NCBI GenBank assembly: GCA_035357435.1
Contig: DAOPNM010000011.1
Span: 1 to 19,426, forward strand
DNA: 19,426 bases
Reading direction: 5' to 3'
From: an archaeon
GTDB taxonomy: Archaea > Iainarchaeota > Iainarchaeia > Iainarchaeales > CSSED10-239
The position numbers were made by a program, and so were the translations under genes. The notes under the pieces are model-generated. The model worked only from the letters and a program-made list of their open reading frames with translations. It was not told where the DNA came from and searched no databases. Below, one piece after another: positions 1 through 7,712 of the stretch (the stretch's first letter is position 1; the number at the start of each line of letters is the position of its first letter).

Positions 1-621
1 TGGGTCTTCTGAATATTTTTTTTCTGCAGACATATAGATTTCCCCAAACCATTTACTTTTGTTTGTGTCTGGTATTTTTTGTTTTTGATTATCTAATGAT
101 TTGTAATACCATAACCATTTTGCAACATGTGTTCCAATGTCTCCTCCATAATAAATTGGTTTTATATTTTGATCCATAAAGGCATATATCCTATAAATAG
201 AGTTACCTATTGCTGCCATTCTTAAATGGCCAACATGAAAAGTTTTTAATGGATTTAAATTGAATTCATCTAACACATATTGTTTTTTTTCTATATCTGT
301 TTTTCCATAGTTTTTCCCAAGTGTAATTATTTTTTCGATTGTTTGTTTTGCTAGTATTTCTGGTTTAATTTTTAAGTTGACATATCCGTTGATGTTCCAA
401 ATATCAAATTGTTCAAAAGAGTTTTTGCTAATGTTTTTTATAATGTCTTCTGCAATATCTTTTGGGTTTTTTTTAAATATTTTTGCTAAAAAAAATGTTG
501 TAAATGCAAGGTCTGCAATGTTATTTGAGGGTATTTCTATGTTATCTTTAATTTTTTGTATAGTTATTTGTTGGTTTAAGCAATTAAAAAGAATGTTTGC
601 AAATTCTTCTTTATAATCCAT
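1..621 (-). CDS. argS: Arginine--tRNA ligase (ArgRS), N-terminal 207 codons; the gene continues past the left edge of the window
   Basis: The minus-strand frame is open from the ATG at 621 to position 1. I checked it codon by codon. It is absent from the supplied track because it is edge-truncated. The translation starts MDYKEEFANILFNCLNQQITIQKIKDNIEIPSNNIADLAFTTFFLAKIFKKNPKDIAEDII and continues to DEFNLNPLKTFHVGHLRMAAIGNSIYRIY. That is an N-terminal add-on domain followed by a class-I HIGH motif (HVGH) in the NP-K-FHVGHLR-IGN context typical of archaeal/eukaryotic ArgRS. Confidence 0.8.
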   Translation of the reverse strand, partial: MDYKEEFANILFNCLNQQITIQKIKDNIEIPSNNIADLAFTTFFLAKIFKKNPKDIAEDIIKNISKNSFEQFDIWNINGYVNLKIKPEILAKQTIEKIITLGKNYGKTDIEKKQYVLDEFNLNPLKTFHVGHLRMAAIGNSIYRIYAFMDQNIKPIYYGGDIGTHVAKWLWYYKSLDNQKQKIPDTNKSKWFGEIYMSAEKKYSEDP

Positions 622-637
622 ATTTTTCTTTCTTTAA

Positions 638-713
638 TGGCGAGTCCGGTGGGATTCGAACCCACGACCCACAGCTTAGAAGGCTGTTGCCCTATCCACT
701 AGGCTACGGACCC
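638..713 (-). tRNA. tRNA-Arg, anticodon TCT (UCU), with genomically encoded 3' CCA
   Basis: A GC-rich island in AT-rich DNA. The reverse complement is GGGTCCGTAGCCTAGTGGATAGGGCAACAGCCTTCTAAGCTGTGGGTCGTGGGTTCGAATCCCACCGGACTCGCCA. It folds as a cloverleaf. The 7-bp acceptor stem is GGGTCCG/CGGACTC with one G-T pair. The D stem is GCCT/GGGC. The anticodon stem is ACAGC/GCTGT with loop CTTCTAA, giving anticodon TCT. The T arm is GTGGG-TTCGAAT-CCCAC. The discriminator is G, followed by CCA. No intron. Confidence 0.93.
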
Positions 714-738
714 ATTTTTGTTTTTTAAATTTTTTTTA

Positions 739-746
739 TTATATAA
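739..746 (-). promoter_or_regulatory. Candidate archaeal TATA box for the tRNA-Arg (and possibly argS) transcript
   Basis: TTATATAA lies 26 nt upstream of the mature tRNA 5' end at 713, the usual TATA-to-start spacing for archaeal promoters. AT-rich background makes chance matches likely. Confidence 0.3.
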
Positions 747-851
747 TTTATATAGATTAATCTTTAAAAATGCATTTATTTTATTCATTTGATTTATTTT
801 AATTTTTTATATTAAAAAACAATTAAAAATTGTATTGTTTATAATAAATGT

Positions 852-1886
852 ATGACAAAAAAGCAAACACCTAAAGTTAAATTTAAAAAAAATCAAGATG
901 GATCCAATGTTTCTAAATCTTCTGATCTTTCAAAAACATTTGATGCTTTAAAACATAAACATTATGGAATATATGGACATCATTCAGGGATAGAAATATG
1001 TGAATGGACAAAAAAATCTTTAAGAGGGCAAGGGGTTTGTTATAAACAAAAATTTTATAATGTTGATACCCATAGATGTGCTCAAATTTCGCCTTCAGTT
1101 GTTTGGTGTCAGCAGAGTTGTATTTATTGTTGGAGACCAACAGAGTATATGACTGATTCTAAATTGACAGGAGATATTGATGACCCAAAAGAAATTATTG
1201 ACAACCTTTTTAAAGAGCGTATAAAATTATTAAGTGGCTTTGGTGGGTACCCAGGGATTAGTAAAAAAAAATTTGAAGAGGCACAAGTCCCATCACATGT
1301 AGCTATTTCTTTGTCAGGAGAACCGACTCTTTATCCTAAATTAGATGAAATGATCAAGTATCTTAAAACAAAACCAGAAATTAAAACAATTTTTTTAGTT
1401 ACAAATGGGCTTTGCCCAGATGTTTTAAAAAAGTTGTCTAAAAAGAATGTTCTTCCTACTCAACTTTATTTGTCAATTGAGGCACCAAATGAGGATTTAC
1501 ATAAGATTATTAATAGACCTAAGATAAAAGATTCTTGGAAAAAATTAAATCAAACAATTAGGCTTTTTCCAAAACTTAATTGCAGAAAGATTATAAGGTT
1601 CACTTTGATTAAAGGTATTAATGATTCTCAAGATTTGATTCCTCAGTATGTAAAATTGTTTGAAAAAGCAAATCCTGATTTTTTAGAAATAAAGTCATAT
1701 ATGCATATTGGTTCTTCTAGAAAATATTTGAAGTTTGAGAATATGCCCACATATAAAGAATGTATGGATTTTTCAAAATCACTTGAGAAATCATCTAGTT
1801 TGTTTAAGATAAATGATTTTTGTAAAGATTCTAGAATTGTGCTTTTGAAAAATAAAAACTCACGTGTAAGAAATTTTATAAAATAG
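852..1886 (+). CDS. taw1: tRNA 4-demethylwyosine synthase (Taw1/TYW1-like radical SAM enzyme)
   Basis: Radical-SAM Cx3Cx2C motif in WCQQSCIYCWR. Upstream auxiliary-cluster cysteines lie in GHHSGIEICEWTKKSLRGQGVCYKQKFYNVDTHRCAQISP. SLSGEPTLYP is also present. Overall layout and length (344 aa) match archaeal Taw1. Confidence 0.85.
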   Translation: MTKKQTPKVKFKKNQDGSNVSKSSDLSKTFDALKHKHYGIYGHHSGIEICEWTKKSLRGQGVCYKQKFYNVDTHRCAQISPSVVWCQQSCIYCWRPTEYMTDSKLTGDIDDPKEIIDNLFKERIKLLSGFGGYPGISKKKFEEAQVPSHVAISLSGEPTLYPKLDEMIKYLKTKPEIKTIFLVTNGLCPDVLKKLSKKNVLPTQLYLSIEAPNEDLHKIINRPKIKDSWKKLNQTIRLFPKLNCRKIIRFTLIKGINDSQDLIPQYVKLFEKANPDFLEIKSYMHIGSSRKYLKFENMPTYKECMDFSKSLEKSSSLFKINDFCKDSRIVLLKNKNSRVRNFIK

Positions 1887-1956
1887 TGTATATTATTTTT
1901 TTTTAAAAAAAAAGAAAAAAAAGGAAAAACAAAAAAGAGATAAACAAAATTTATTT

Positions 1957-3018
1957 TTAATCTGTTATTCCATTTTCAGTAATTGAATAAACCGTTTCTC
2001 CATCTGGTAAACTTGGAGAATCTACAAGTTTAGCAATTCTTTTTGTTCCTGTACCTTTTCTTAAATATATTCTTGTTTTAGATGCATGTTTTACAATATT
2101 TCCTCCAACAGCATCTGTGGGATCCCCAAATAGTACATCTGGTCTTGCCATAACTTGGTTTGTTACAAATACTACCACATTATATAATTCTGCAAGTTTT
2201 TGTAAAAGTCTCATGTGTTGATTAAGTTTTTGTTGTCTATCTGCTAATGTTCCTCTTCCTACAAATTCTGATCTAAAATGTGCTGTGAGTGAATCAACAA
2301 TTACAAGTTTAATATTCTTTTCTTTTATAAGTTCTGCAGCTTTTTCTGCAAGCAACATTTGATGATTGCTATTATATGCTCTTGCAACATAAACATTTTT
2401 CATAATTTCTTCAGGATCTAATTTTAAATGGTTTGCAATTTGTACTATTCTTTCTGGCCTAAATGAATTTTCAGAATCAATATATAATACTCCTCCATCT
2501 AGTCCACCTTTTTCTTTTGGCAATTGTGCCATTACGCATAATTGGAAGCACCATTGACTTTTCCCAGAGGCATATTTTCCATAAACTTCTGTTATTGATT
2601 GACTTTCTATGCCTCCACCAAGTAGTTCATCAATATTTTTAGAGCCTGTTGATAATCTAGATATTGTTTTCCTTTTTTCCAATATTTTATTTGCACTTTC
2701 AAAACCCATTTCTAAAGAATCTCTTGCTGCCTTTATTGCTTTTATTGCAGTTCCTTCTCCAAGTCCTGCAACTCCCACAAGTTCCATTGGTGAAGCGACA
2801 GCAATTGCTTCTAAACTATCATATCCTGCTGCCTTTAATTTTTCTGCAGATGTTGGCCCTATTCCAGGGAGGTCTTCAATTTGTTTTCCTTTTAATTCTT
2901 TTATAATTTTGTTCTCATTTTTATCAAGATTTATATCTTCTTCTATTTCTTCTTCAGTTTCATCCATATCTTCAATATATTCTTCATCTTCTATTACTTC
3001 TTTTTGATTTTTTTTCAT
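1957..3018 (-). CDS. radA: DNA repair and recombination protein RadA
   Basis: N-terminal helix-hairpin-helix [20 protein letters not shown]. Walker A is GKYASGKSQ and Walker B is [13 protein letters not shown]. The C-terminal half is conserved ([42 protein letters not shown]). Shine-Dalgarno GAGGTGA lies 5 nt upstream of the ATG. Confidence 0.92.
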   Translation of the reverse strand: MKKNQKEVIEDEEYIEDMDETEEEIEEDINLDKNENKIIKELKGKQIEDLPGIGPTSAEKLKAAGYDSLEAIAVASPMELVGVAGLGEGTAIKAIKAARDSLEMGFESANKILEKRKTISRLSTGSKNIDELLGGGIESQSITEVYGKYASGKSQWCFQLCVMAQLPKEKGGLDGGVLYIDSENSFRPERIVQIANHLKLDPEEIMKNVYVARAYNSNHQMLLAEKAAELIKEKNIKLVIVDSLTAHFRSEFVGRGTLADRQQKLNQHMRLLQKLAELYNVVVFVTNQVMARPDVLFGDPTDAVGGNIVKHASKTRIYLRKGTGTKRIAKLVDSPSLPDGETVYSITENGITD

Positions 3019-3210
3019 GTTTTCACCTCTTCTTAAAGATTATAATATATAATGTGTTCTTTTTTATATAACTTTCGTAAGAGAGTAAATGTCCACTTAA
3101 TGTATAAATGTTGTTTTTCTTAATATTTTTCCCAATTTGGTTTATTATTTTTTAAACACAATATATAAAAATACTTTCTTGTATATATAAAAAGAAAATA
3201 CTGATAATTT

Positions 3211-5364
3211 ATGATATATTCTGAATATATTAAATGGTTAAAAGATGTAACTGAAGAAGATTTTTCTAAACTCGGATATAAAGCATCTAGGTTAGCCGAA
3301 TTGTTTAAATATAAGTTGCCTGTTCCAAAAGCTTTTGTCATAAGTTCTCAGGCATATTTTAGTTTTTTGCAACAGGATAATTTGAAATCAAAAATTAGCG
3401 ATATTTTAGATTCAATTGATTATAATTCAAAAGAAGATGTTTCTAAGAAATCTGAACAAATTCAAAATTTATTTTTGAAAACAAAGGAGTCACAAGAATT
3501 CAAAGATGAAGTTATTAAAAAATACACAATGATTGGTGCACATAAAGTTGGTTGGTTGAAAAGCAGTTGTGATGAATTTGTTGCAATTAGAGGGTCTGTT
3601 GTTTCAGAAGTTTATAAATCAGAAGACACTGATTTTTTAGAAAATTTAACTGGTTTTTTGAATATACGAAAGATCGATGAAGTAATTAAGCATATTAAGT
3701 TAACTTGGGCAACACTATATTCTCCAGAAGCAATAGAATATGTTCATTTAAAAAATATGGATTATAATGAATTAGGTTTGGCTGTTATTGTTCAACAAAT
3801 GATTAATGCAGATATTTCTGGGGTTATGATTACAAGTAAAAAGTTAGGAGATGAAACAACAATTGTTGAGGCTGTTTATGGTTTAGGTGGCCCAACAGTT
3901 ATTAAAGAAATTGCACCAGACCATTATGAAGTTTCTAAAAAAAATTTAGGTATTCTTAAAAAAATAAAAGATACCCAAGATTGGGAAATAAAAAGAGTTT
4001 CAGGGGTTTCTTCAAAAGAATTAATTGATAAAGATAGGCAAGCAAATCAAAAATTAGATGCTCATGATCTTAAAGATTTTGCAATTCTTGCAAAAAAATT
4101 AGAAACATTGTTTTCTATGCCTTTATATGTTGATTGGGCAATGGAGAAATCTGATATTTATATTTTGAGGGCTGATCCATTAGATCCAAGTTTAAAAAAA
4201 ATAAAAACTTCAAAAAAGAAAGAATTAGATAAAGGTTTCCAAGACACTATTGATGCCTTTAAGAAAGAGGTTATTTTAGAGGGTATATCTATTACTAGTG
4301 GAATTGTTAATGGTAAGGTGTTAATTGTAAAATCTCCAAATGATTTAGAAAAAATTACAGAAAATACAATTGTTGTAACTTCTCAAACAGATGATAGTAT
4401 GGTTCCTTTTTTGAAAAAAGCAAAAGGGCTTATCACAGACACAGGAAGTATTCTATGTCATGCAGCTATTGTTTCAAAACAATTAAATATCCCATGTATT
4501 GTTAATACCAAGAAAGCAACATCTGTTTTAAAAGATAATCAAAGCATACAATTAAATGGAAATTCTGGTAAGGTTTATTCTTTATCAGGTGTTGAACTTG
4601 TGAAGTTTTCTAAACAACCTACTCAAGAGGTAACTAGTTCTCAAGAGCCAATATATCCACCCACAACAACAAAAATTATTGCATCATTAAATTCAAATGA
4701 AGATATAAATAATCTTAATTTTCCTGACATTGATGGTGTTTGTTTAAGTTTGAAGTCTTTATTTTCTTTAGAAGAATTGGCAGAGTTTGATGATTCAAAT
4801 GGCCAAGCAATAAATCTAATTAATTCAAAAATAAAAAAGTTTTTTGAAAACCCTAGTTTGTCTTCTAAAAAAATTTATTATAAATTAAATTTGTATAGAG
4901 ATAGTTTAGTTGATGGTTATTTTTCCAAACATGAACTTAGTTGTTTGTATGAATTAAGTAAAAGTAATAATAATGTTTTTATTTTGTTAGAAAATATAAA
5001 ATCAGAAAATGATATACTGTATGTTGAGGAGATGTTTAGAAAAAAAACAGGAATTTTATTTGACGCTATCAATTATTCTGTTTTAGAGAAGTATATATCT
5101 TTGGGTATTGGTTTTGTTGTTTTTGATTTAAATATTGATGTTATATCTAAAAATAAAGATTTAATTAATAAGGCAATAGATTTGTGTAAAGATAATAGAG
5201 TCATTCGTATTTTTTGTATAAAAGACGATTTTTCTGAAGAGATTATTAAAAAATTGATAGAAGTAAGAGTGAATGAATTTATAGTTTTTCCAAATAATTT
5301 AAAGATTAAAGATACAATTTTTAAAAAGGAAAAAGAGATTATAAAAAATTTGTTATCAATTTGA
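3211..5364 (+). CDS. PEP-utilising enzyme of the PEP synthase / pyruvate-phosphate dikinase family, with a divergent C-terminal domain
   Basis: The N-terminal ATP-grasp (PPDK_N-like) region includes KWLKDVTEEDFSKLGYKASRLAEL, LPVPKAFVISSQAY, AIRGSVVSE, VIVQQMINADISGVMIT and IVEAVYGLGGPTV. The central phospho-His swivel domain is TSGIVNGKVLIV...GLITDTGSILCHAAIVSKQLNIPCIV. The last ~240 aa show only faint resemblance to the PEP/pyruvate-binding barrel. Confidence 0.7.
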   Translation: MIYSEYIKWLKDVTEEDFSKLGYKASRLAELFKYKLPVPKAFVISSQAYFSFLQQDNLKSKISDILDSIDYNSKEDVSKKSEQIQNLFLKTKESQEFKDEVIKKYTMIGAHKVGWLKSSCDEFVAIRGSVVSEVYKSEDTDFLENLTGFLNIRKIDEVIKHIKLTWATLYSPEAIEYVHLKNMDYNELGLAVIVQQMINADISGVMITSKKLGDETTIVEAVYGLGGPTVIKEIAPDHYEVSKKNLGILKKIKDTQDWEIKRVSGVSSKELIDKDRQANQKLDAHDLKDFAILAKKLETLFSMPLYVDWAMEKSDIYILRADPLDPSLKKIKTSKKKELDKGFQDTIDAFKKEVILEGISITSGIVNGKVLIVKSPNDLEKITENTIVVTSQTDDSMVPFLKKAKGLITDTGSILCHAAIVSKQLNIPCIVNTKKATSVLKDNQSIQLNGNSGKVYSLSGVELVKFSKQPTQEVTSSQEPIYPPTTTKIIASLNSNEDINNLNFPDIDGVCLSLKSLFSLEELAEFDDSNGQAINLINSKIKKFFENPSLSSKKIYYKLNLYRDSLVDGYFSKHELSCLYELSKSNNNVFILLENIKSENDILYVEEMFRKKTGILFDAINYSVLEKYISLGIGFVVFDLNIDVISKNKDLINKAIDLCKDNRVIRIFCIKDDFSEEIIKKLIEVRVNEFIVFPNNLKIKDTIFKKEKEIIKNLLSI

Positions 5365-5378
5365 TTTACACTAATTTT

Positions 5379-6461
5379 TTAATAATATTCAAAAATTCTT
5401 TTTTGGTTTTTTATATCTTTTAGAATGTTTGATTTATTAAACCACCATTCACTTTTGTGTCTTATGTTTTCTACGTTGTCTAAATATTTTTTTATAGATT
5501 CTAGATCTTCGAATATTAATGGTTTTTTATTCATTGCTTCTTTTATTGCTTCTCTAATGACCCAAACTCCTGGTGATTTATATTCTGGCAATATGTCTCT
5601 TAAAACCAATACTTTACCTATTTTTTTTCTTTTTTCTAAAGCTTTTGAAATTTCAATTCTTGCTGCATAATAACCTCCACCAACAGATGTTGCATATTGT
5701 TTTCTAGGAGCCCCTATTTCATAATCTATGTCTAAATATTTATCCCCTTGGTTTTCAATCATTTCAAATGCCCATTCTTTATAAGGTAAAATTATTATAT
5801 AAAATTTGTTTTTATAAAATTGGAAAATGTATAATTCTGGTTTATTTATTTCTTGATTTATTTTTATGTTTTCAATATTTTTTTTCCCGATAATGTCATC
5901 TACTGCTGTTATAGACCATTTAGTTGGAACAAATACCCTATTTTGTTTTTCTCCTAATAATCCAACAGAAAGAAGTTGTTGTATTTTGTACACGTTGTCT
6001 AGTTTATTATAAATGTTTAGTATTCCTTCTTGTGCTTTTAAATCTATATCGTTTACTGTTTTGTCAATTATTTTTGGAATTTTTAGGTTATCTATAATTT
6101 TTAGTTTGTTTAAGTCAAAGGAATAATTGTTTATTCCAGTAATTTCATCATTAATTATTTTTGTTTTGTTCCCAGAATCAAATTCTATTTCTGTAGTTTT
6201 ATATGTTTGTGAAAGAAGTTGTATGTTTTCAATGGTAACATCTTTAGTTAATGTTTCTGTTTTTTTAAAGTTTTTAATTGTAAATATCTGTTTTTTTGAT
6301 TGTTCAATTATTGTTTGCTCATCTTTTTTTACCCATTTGTCAGGGGATGCTGTTTTTGCATCTATGTAATTTTTATAAAATCCTGGGCCTATGCCTAATA
6401 TTGGATATTTATTTTCATAAACTAATGTAAATGGTGTAGAAAATGCTTGTTTTTTGTTCAT
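5379..6461 (-). CDS. Probable archaeal Nre-family DNA repair protein (NreA-like) with a C-terminal PIP box
   Basis: The internal motif VFVPTKWSITAVDDIIGK and the GGGYYAARIE region resemble my recollection of the Nre_N/Nre_C families. This is not verifiable here. The extreme C-terminus QKRIFEYY-stop is a perfect Qxx(I/L/M)xx(F/Y)(F/Y) PCNA-interacting peptide, as reported for NreA. No N-terminal Cys cluster is present. Confidence 0.5.
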   Translation of the reverse strand: MNKKQAFSTPFTLVYENKYPILGIGPGFYKNYIDAKTASPDKWVKKDEQTIIEQSKKQIFTIKNFKKTETLTKDVTIENIQLLSQTYKTTEIEFDSGNKTKIINDEITGINNYSFDLNKLKIIDNLKIPKIIDKTVNDIDLKAQEGILNIYNKLDNVYKIQQLLSVGLLGEKQNRVFVPTKWSITAVDDIIGKKNIENIKINQEINKPELYIFQFYKNKFYIIILPYKEWAFEMIENQGDKYLDIDYEIGAPRKQYATSVGGGYYAARIEISKALEKRKKIGKVLVLRDILPEYKSPGVWVIREAIKEAMNKKPLIFEDLESIKKYLDNVENIRHKSEWWFNKSNILKDIKNQKRIFEYY

Positions 6462-6592
6462 ATTTTTTTAATTTTTGTTTATAAATACCTTTTTAAATTT
6501 TTAGGGTATCTAATTATATTATATATATTTATTATCGTTATAAATAAAAAATAGATTATTTAAAAATAATTTTTTTCACATGTGATGTTTAT

Positions 6593-7063
6593 ATGTCTTT
6601 TTTAAGAAAATTTTTTAAAGATGATGTTTCTCCAAAACAACTTAGAAGAAATAATGTTGCTGTTTTTGTAGATGGCCCCAATATTTTAAGAAAAGAATTT
6701 AATATTGACCTTGCCAAAATTCAAAAGTTTTTAAAAGATCAAGGAGAAATTAAAATAGCAAGAGTGTATTTAGATCAATATGCAAATGATAAATTAATTG
6801 AAGCTGTTGTAAACCTTGGTTTTGAAGCAATTATTACTGTTGGGGATGTGGATGTTACAATGGCAGTAGATGGAACAGACGTGTCTTATAATAAAGATAT
6901 TGATACATTAGTTTTTATTACACGAGATTCTGATTATCTCCCAGCAATTTTAAAAGCAAAACAAAAAGGTAAAAAAACAATTGCATTGTTGGTTGATGAA
7001 AGTGCAGCTGTTGCTCTTAAAAATACCGTTGATCAAGTTGTTTTTATTGATAAACTTAAATAA
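6593..7063 (+). CDS. NYN-domain (LabA/TIGR00288-like) protein, predicted PIN-like ribonuclease fold
   Basis: VAVFVDGPNILRKEF, then IARVYLDQYA, then DVDVTMAVDG, then LVFITRDSDYLPAILKAKQKGKKTI. This is the acidic-residue pattern and order typical of NYN/LabA domains. The size (156 aa) fits the small archaeal family. Confidence 0.72.
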   Translation: MSFLRKFFKDDVSPKQLRRNNVAVFVDGPNILRKEFNIDLAKIQKFLKDQGEIKIARVYLDQYANDKLIEAVVNLGFEAIITVGDVDVTMAVDGTDVSYNKDIDTLVFITRDSDYLPAILKAKQKGKKTIALLVDESAAVALKNTVDQVVFIDKLK

Positions 7064-7077
7064 TATTTTTTATGTGA

Positions 7078-7578
7078 ATGATTATGAATTTGCCAACATC
7101 GGACCATTTAGTTGTAAATTTTCCTGTGTCTAAATTGGTTTCAGAAAAATTGTTTTTAGAACTTAAAACAAAAAAGTTTACTGGTTATTCATATATTACG
7201 ATATATCAAGAAAATGGTTTTGAGGAAAGTATACTTTTTTTTTTAAATGGAAAGATTGTTGGTTGTATTTATGTCATTGATAATTTGGATCTGTATTTAT
7301 ATGGGAAAGATGCATTTAGTTTGTGTTTGAATGTTTTTGAAGTTAATGATGGTGTGTATAATCTTTTTTCTTTAACAGATGATCAATTAAAATTAATTCT
7401 TTTGTTTAATGAGAAAATAAAGTTTGAAAAGGATATTAGTGATGTTAAGTTTACAAAAGAGGTTTTGGCATATAATAAACAAAGAAGAGAAATTTTTTTT
7501 AAAGATGTGCCCTCTGATGGTTTTCAGAAAAAAGATTTATTTAATAAATTTAATATAAGTGATTTGTTAAAAGGTTAA
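7078..7578 (+). CDS. Hypothetical protein (166 aa), function unknown
   Basis: A long ORF 14 nt downstream of the NYN gene on the same strand. The N-terminal pattern LFLELKTKKFTGYSYITIYQENGFEESILFFLNGKIVGCIY resembles the (K)-TG-x-hhh...G-x-hhF-x-G-x-IV signature of DUF4388/PATAN-like and archaeal DUF2226-type proteins. This is a recollection, not a search result. Confidence 0.6.
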   Translation: MIMNLPTSDHLVVNFPVSKLVSEKLFLELKTKKFTGYSYITIYQENGFEESILFFLNGKIVGCIYVIDNLDLYLYGKDAFSLCLNVFEVNDGVYNLFSLTDDQLKLILLFNEKIKFEKDISDVKFTKEVLAYNKQRREIFFKDVPSDGFQKKDLFNKFNISDLLKG

Positions 7579-7712
7579 TACAAAAAGATAAATAGTAAAT
7601 TTAAGAAAAGGTTTTAAAACTGCTGCTATTTATATTTATATAAACATATAAAATAGTGTGCAGTTAAATTATTTTTTAATGAGTGTTGTGTTTTAAAGAA
7701 GAAATGATTAAT

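Noticed and set aside
377-616. 79-aa plus-strand ORF in the supplied track
   Set aside because: It lies entirely antisense to the well-supported ArgRS N-terminal coding region. Its Phe/Ile/Leu-rich translation is typical of a shadow frame in AT-rich DNA.
913-1140. 75-aa minus-strand ORF inside taw1. Similar shadow ORFs lie at 3120-3341, 5425-5670, 6127-6369, 8048-8239, 13184-13375, 15020-15349, 18787-18990 and 18843-19037.
   Set aside because: Each lies antisense to, or overlaps the promoter of, a gene with clear family motifs. None has a ribosome-binding site or recognisable motifs.
2609-3007. 132-aa and 80-aa plus-strand ORFs (2609-3007 and 2664-2906)
   Set aside because: They are shadow ORFs antisense to radA. 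Their Ser/Pro/Leu-rich low-complexity translations have no motifs.
6576-6585. Perfect 10-bp palindrome TCACATGTGA 8 nt upstream of the NYN gene start
   Set aside because: It is short and overlaps a GTGAT Shine-Dalgarno-like element at the expected spacing. Partial Shine-Dalgarno complementarity plus chance is the simpler explanation.
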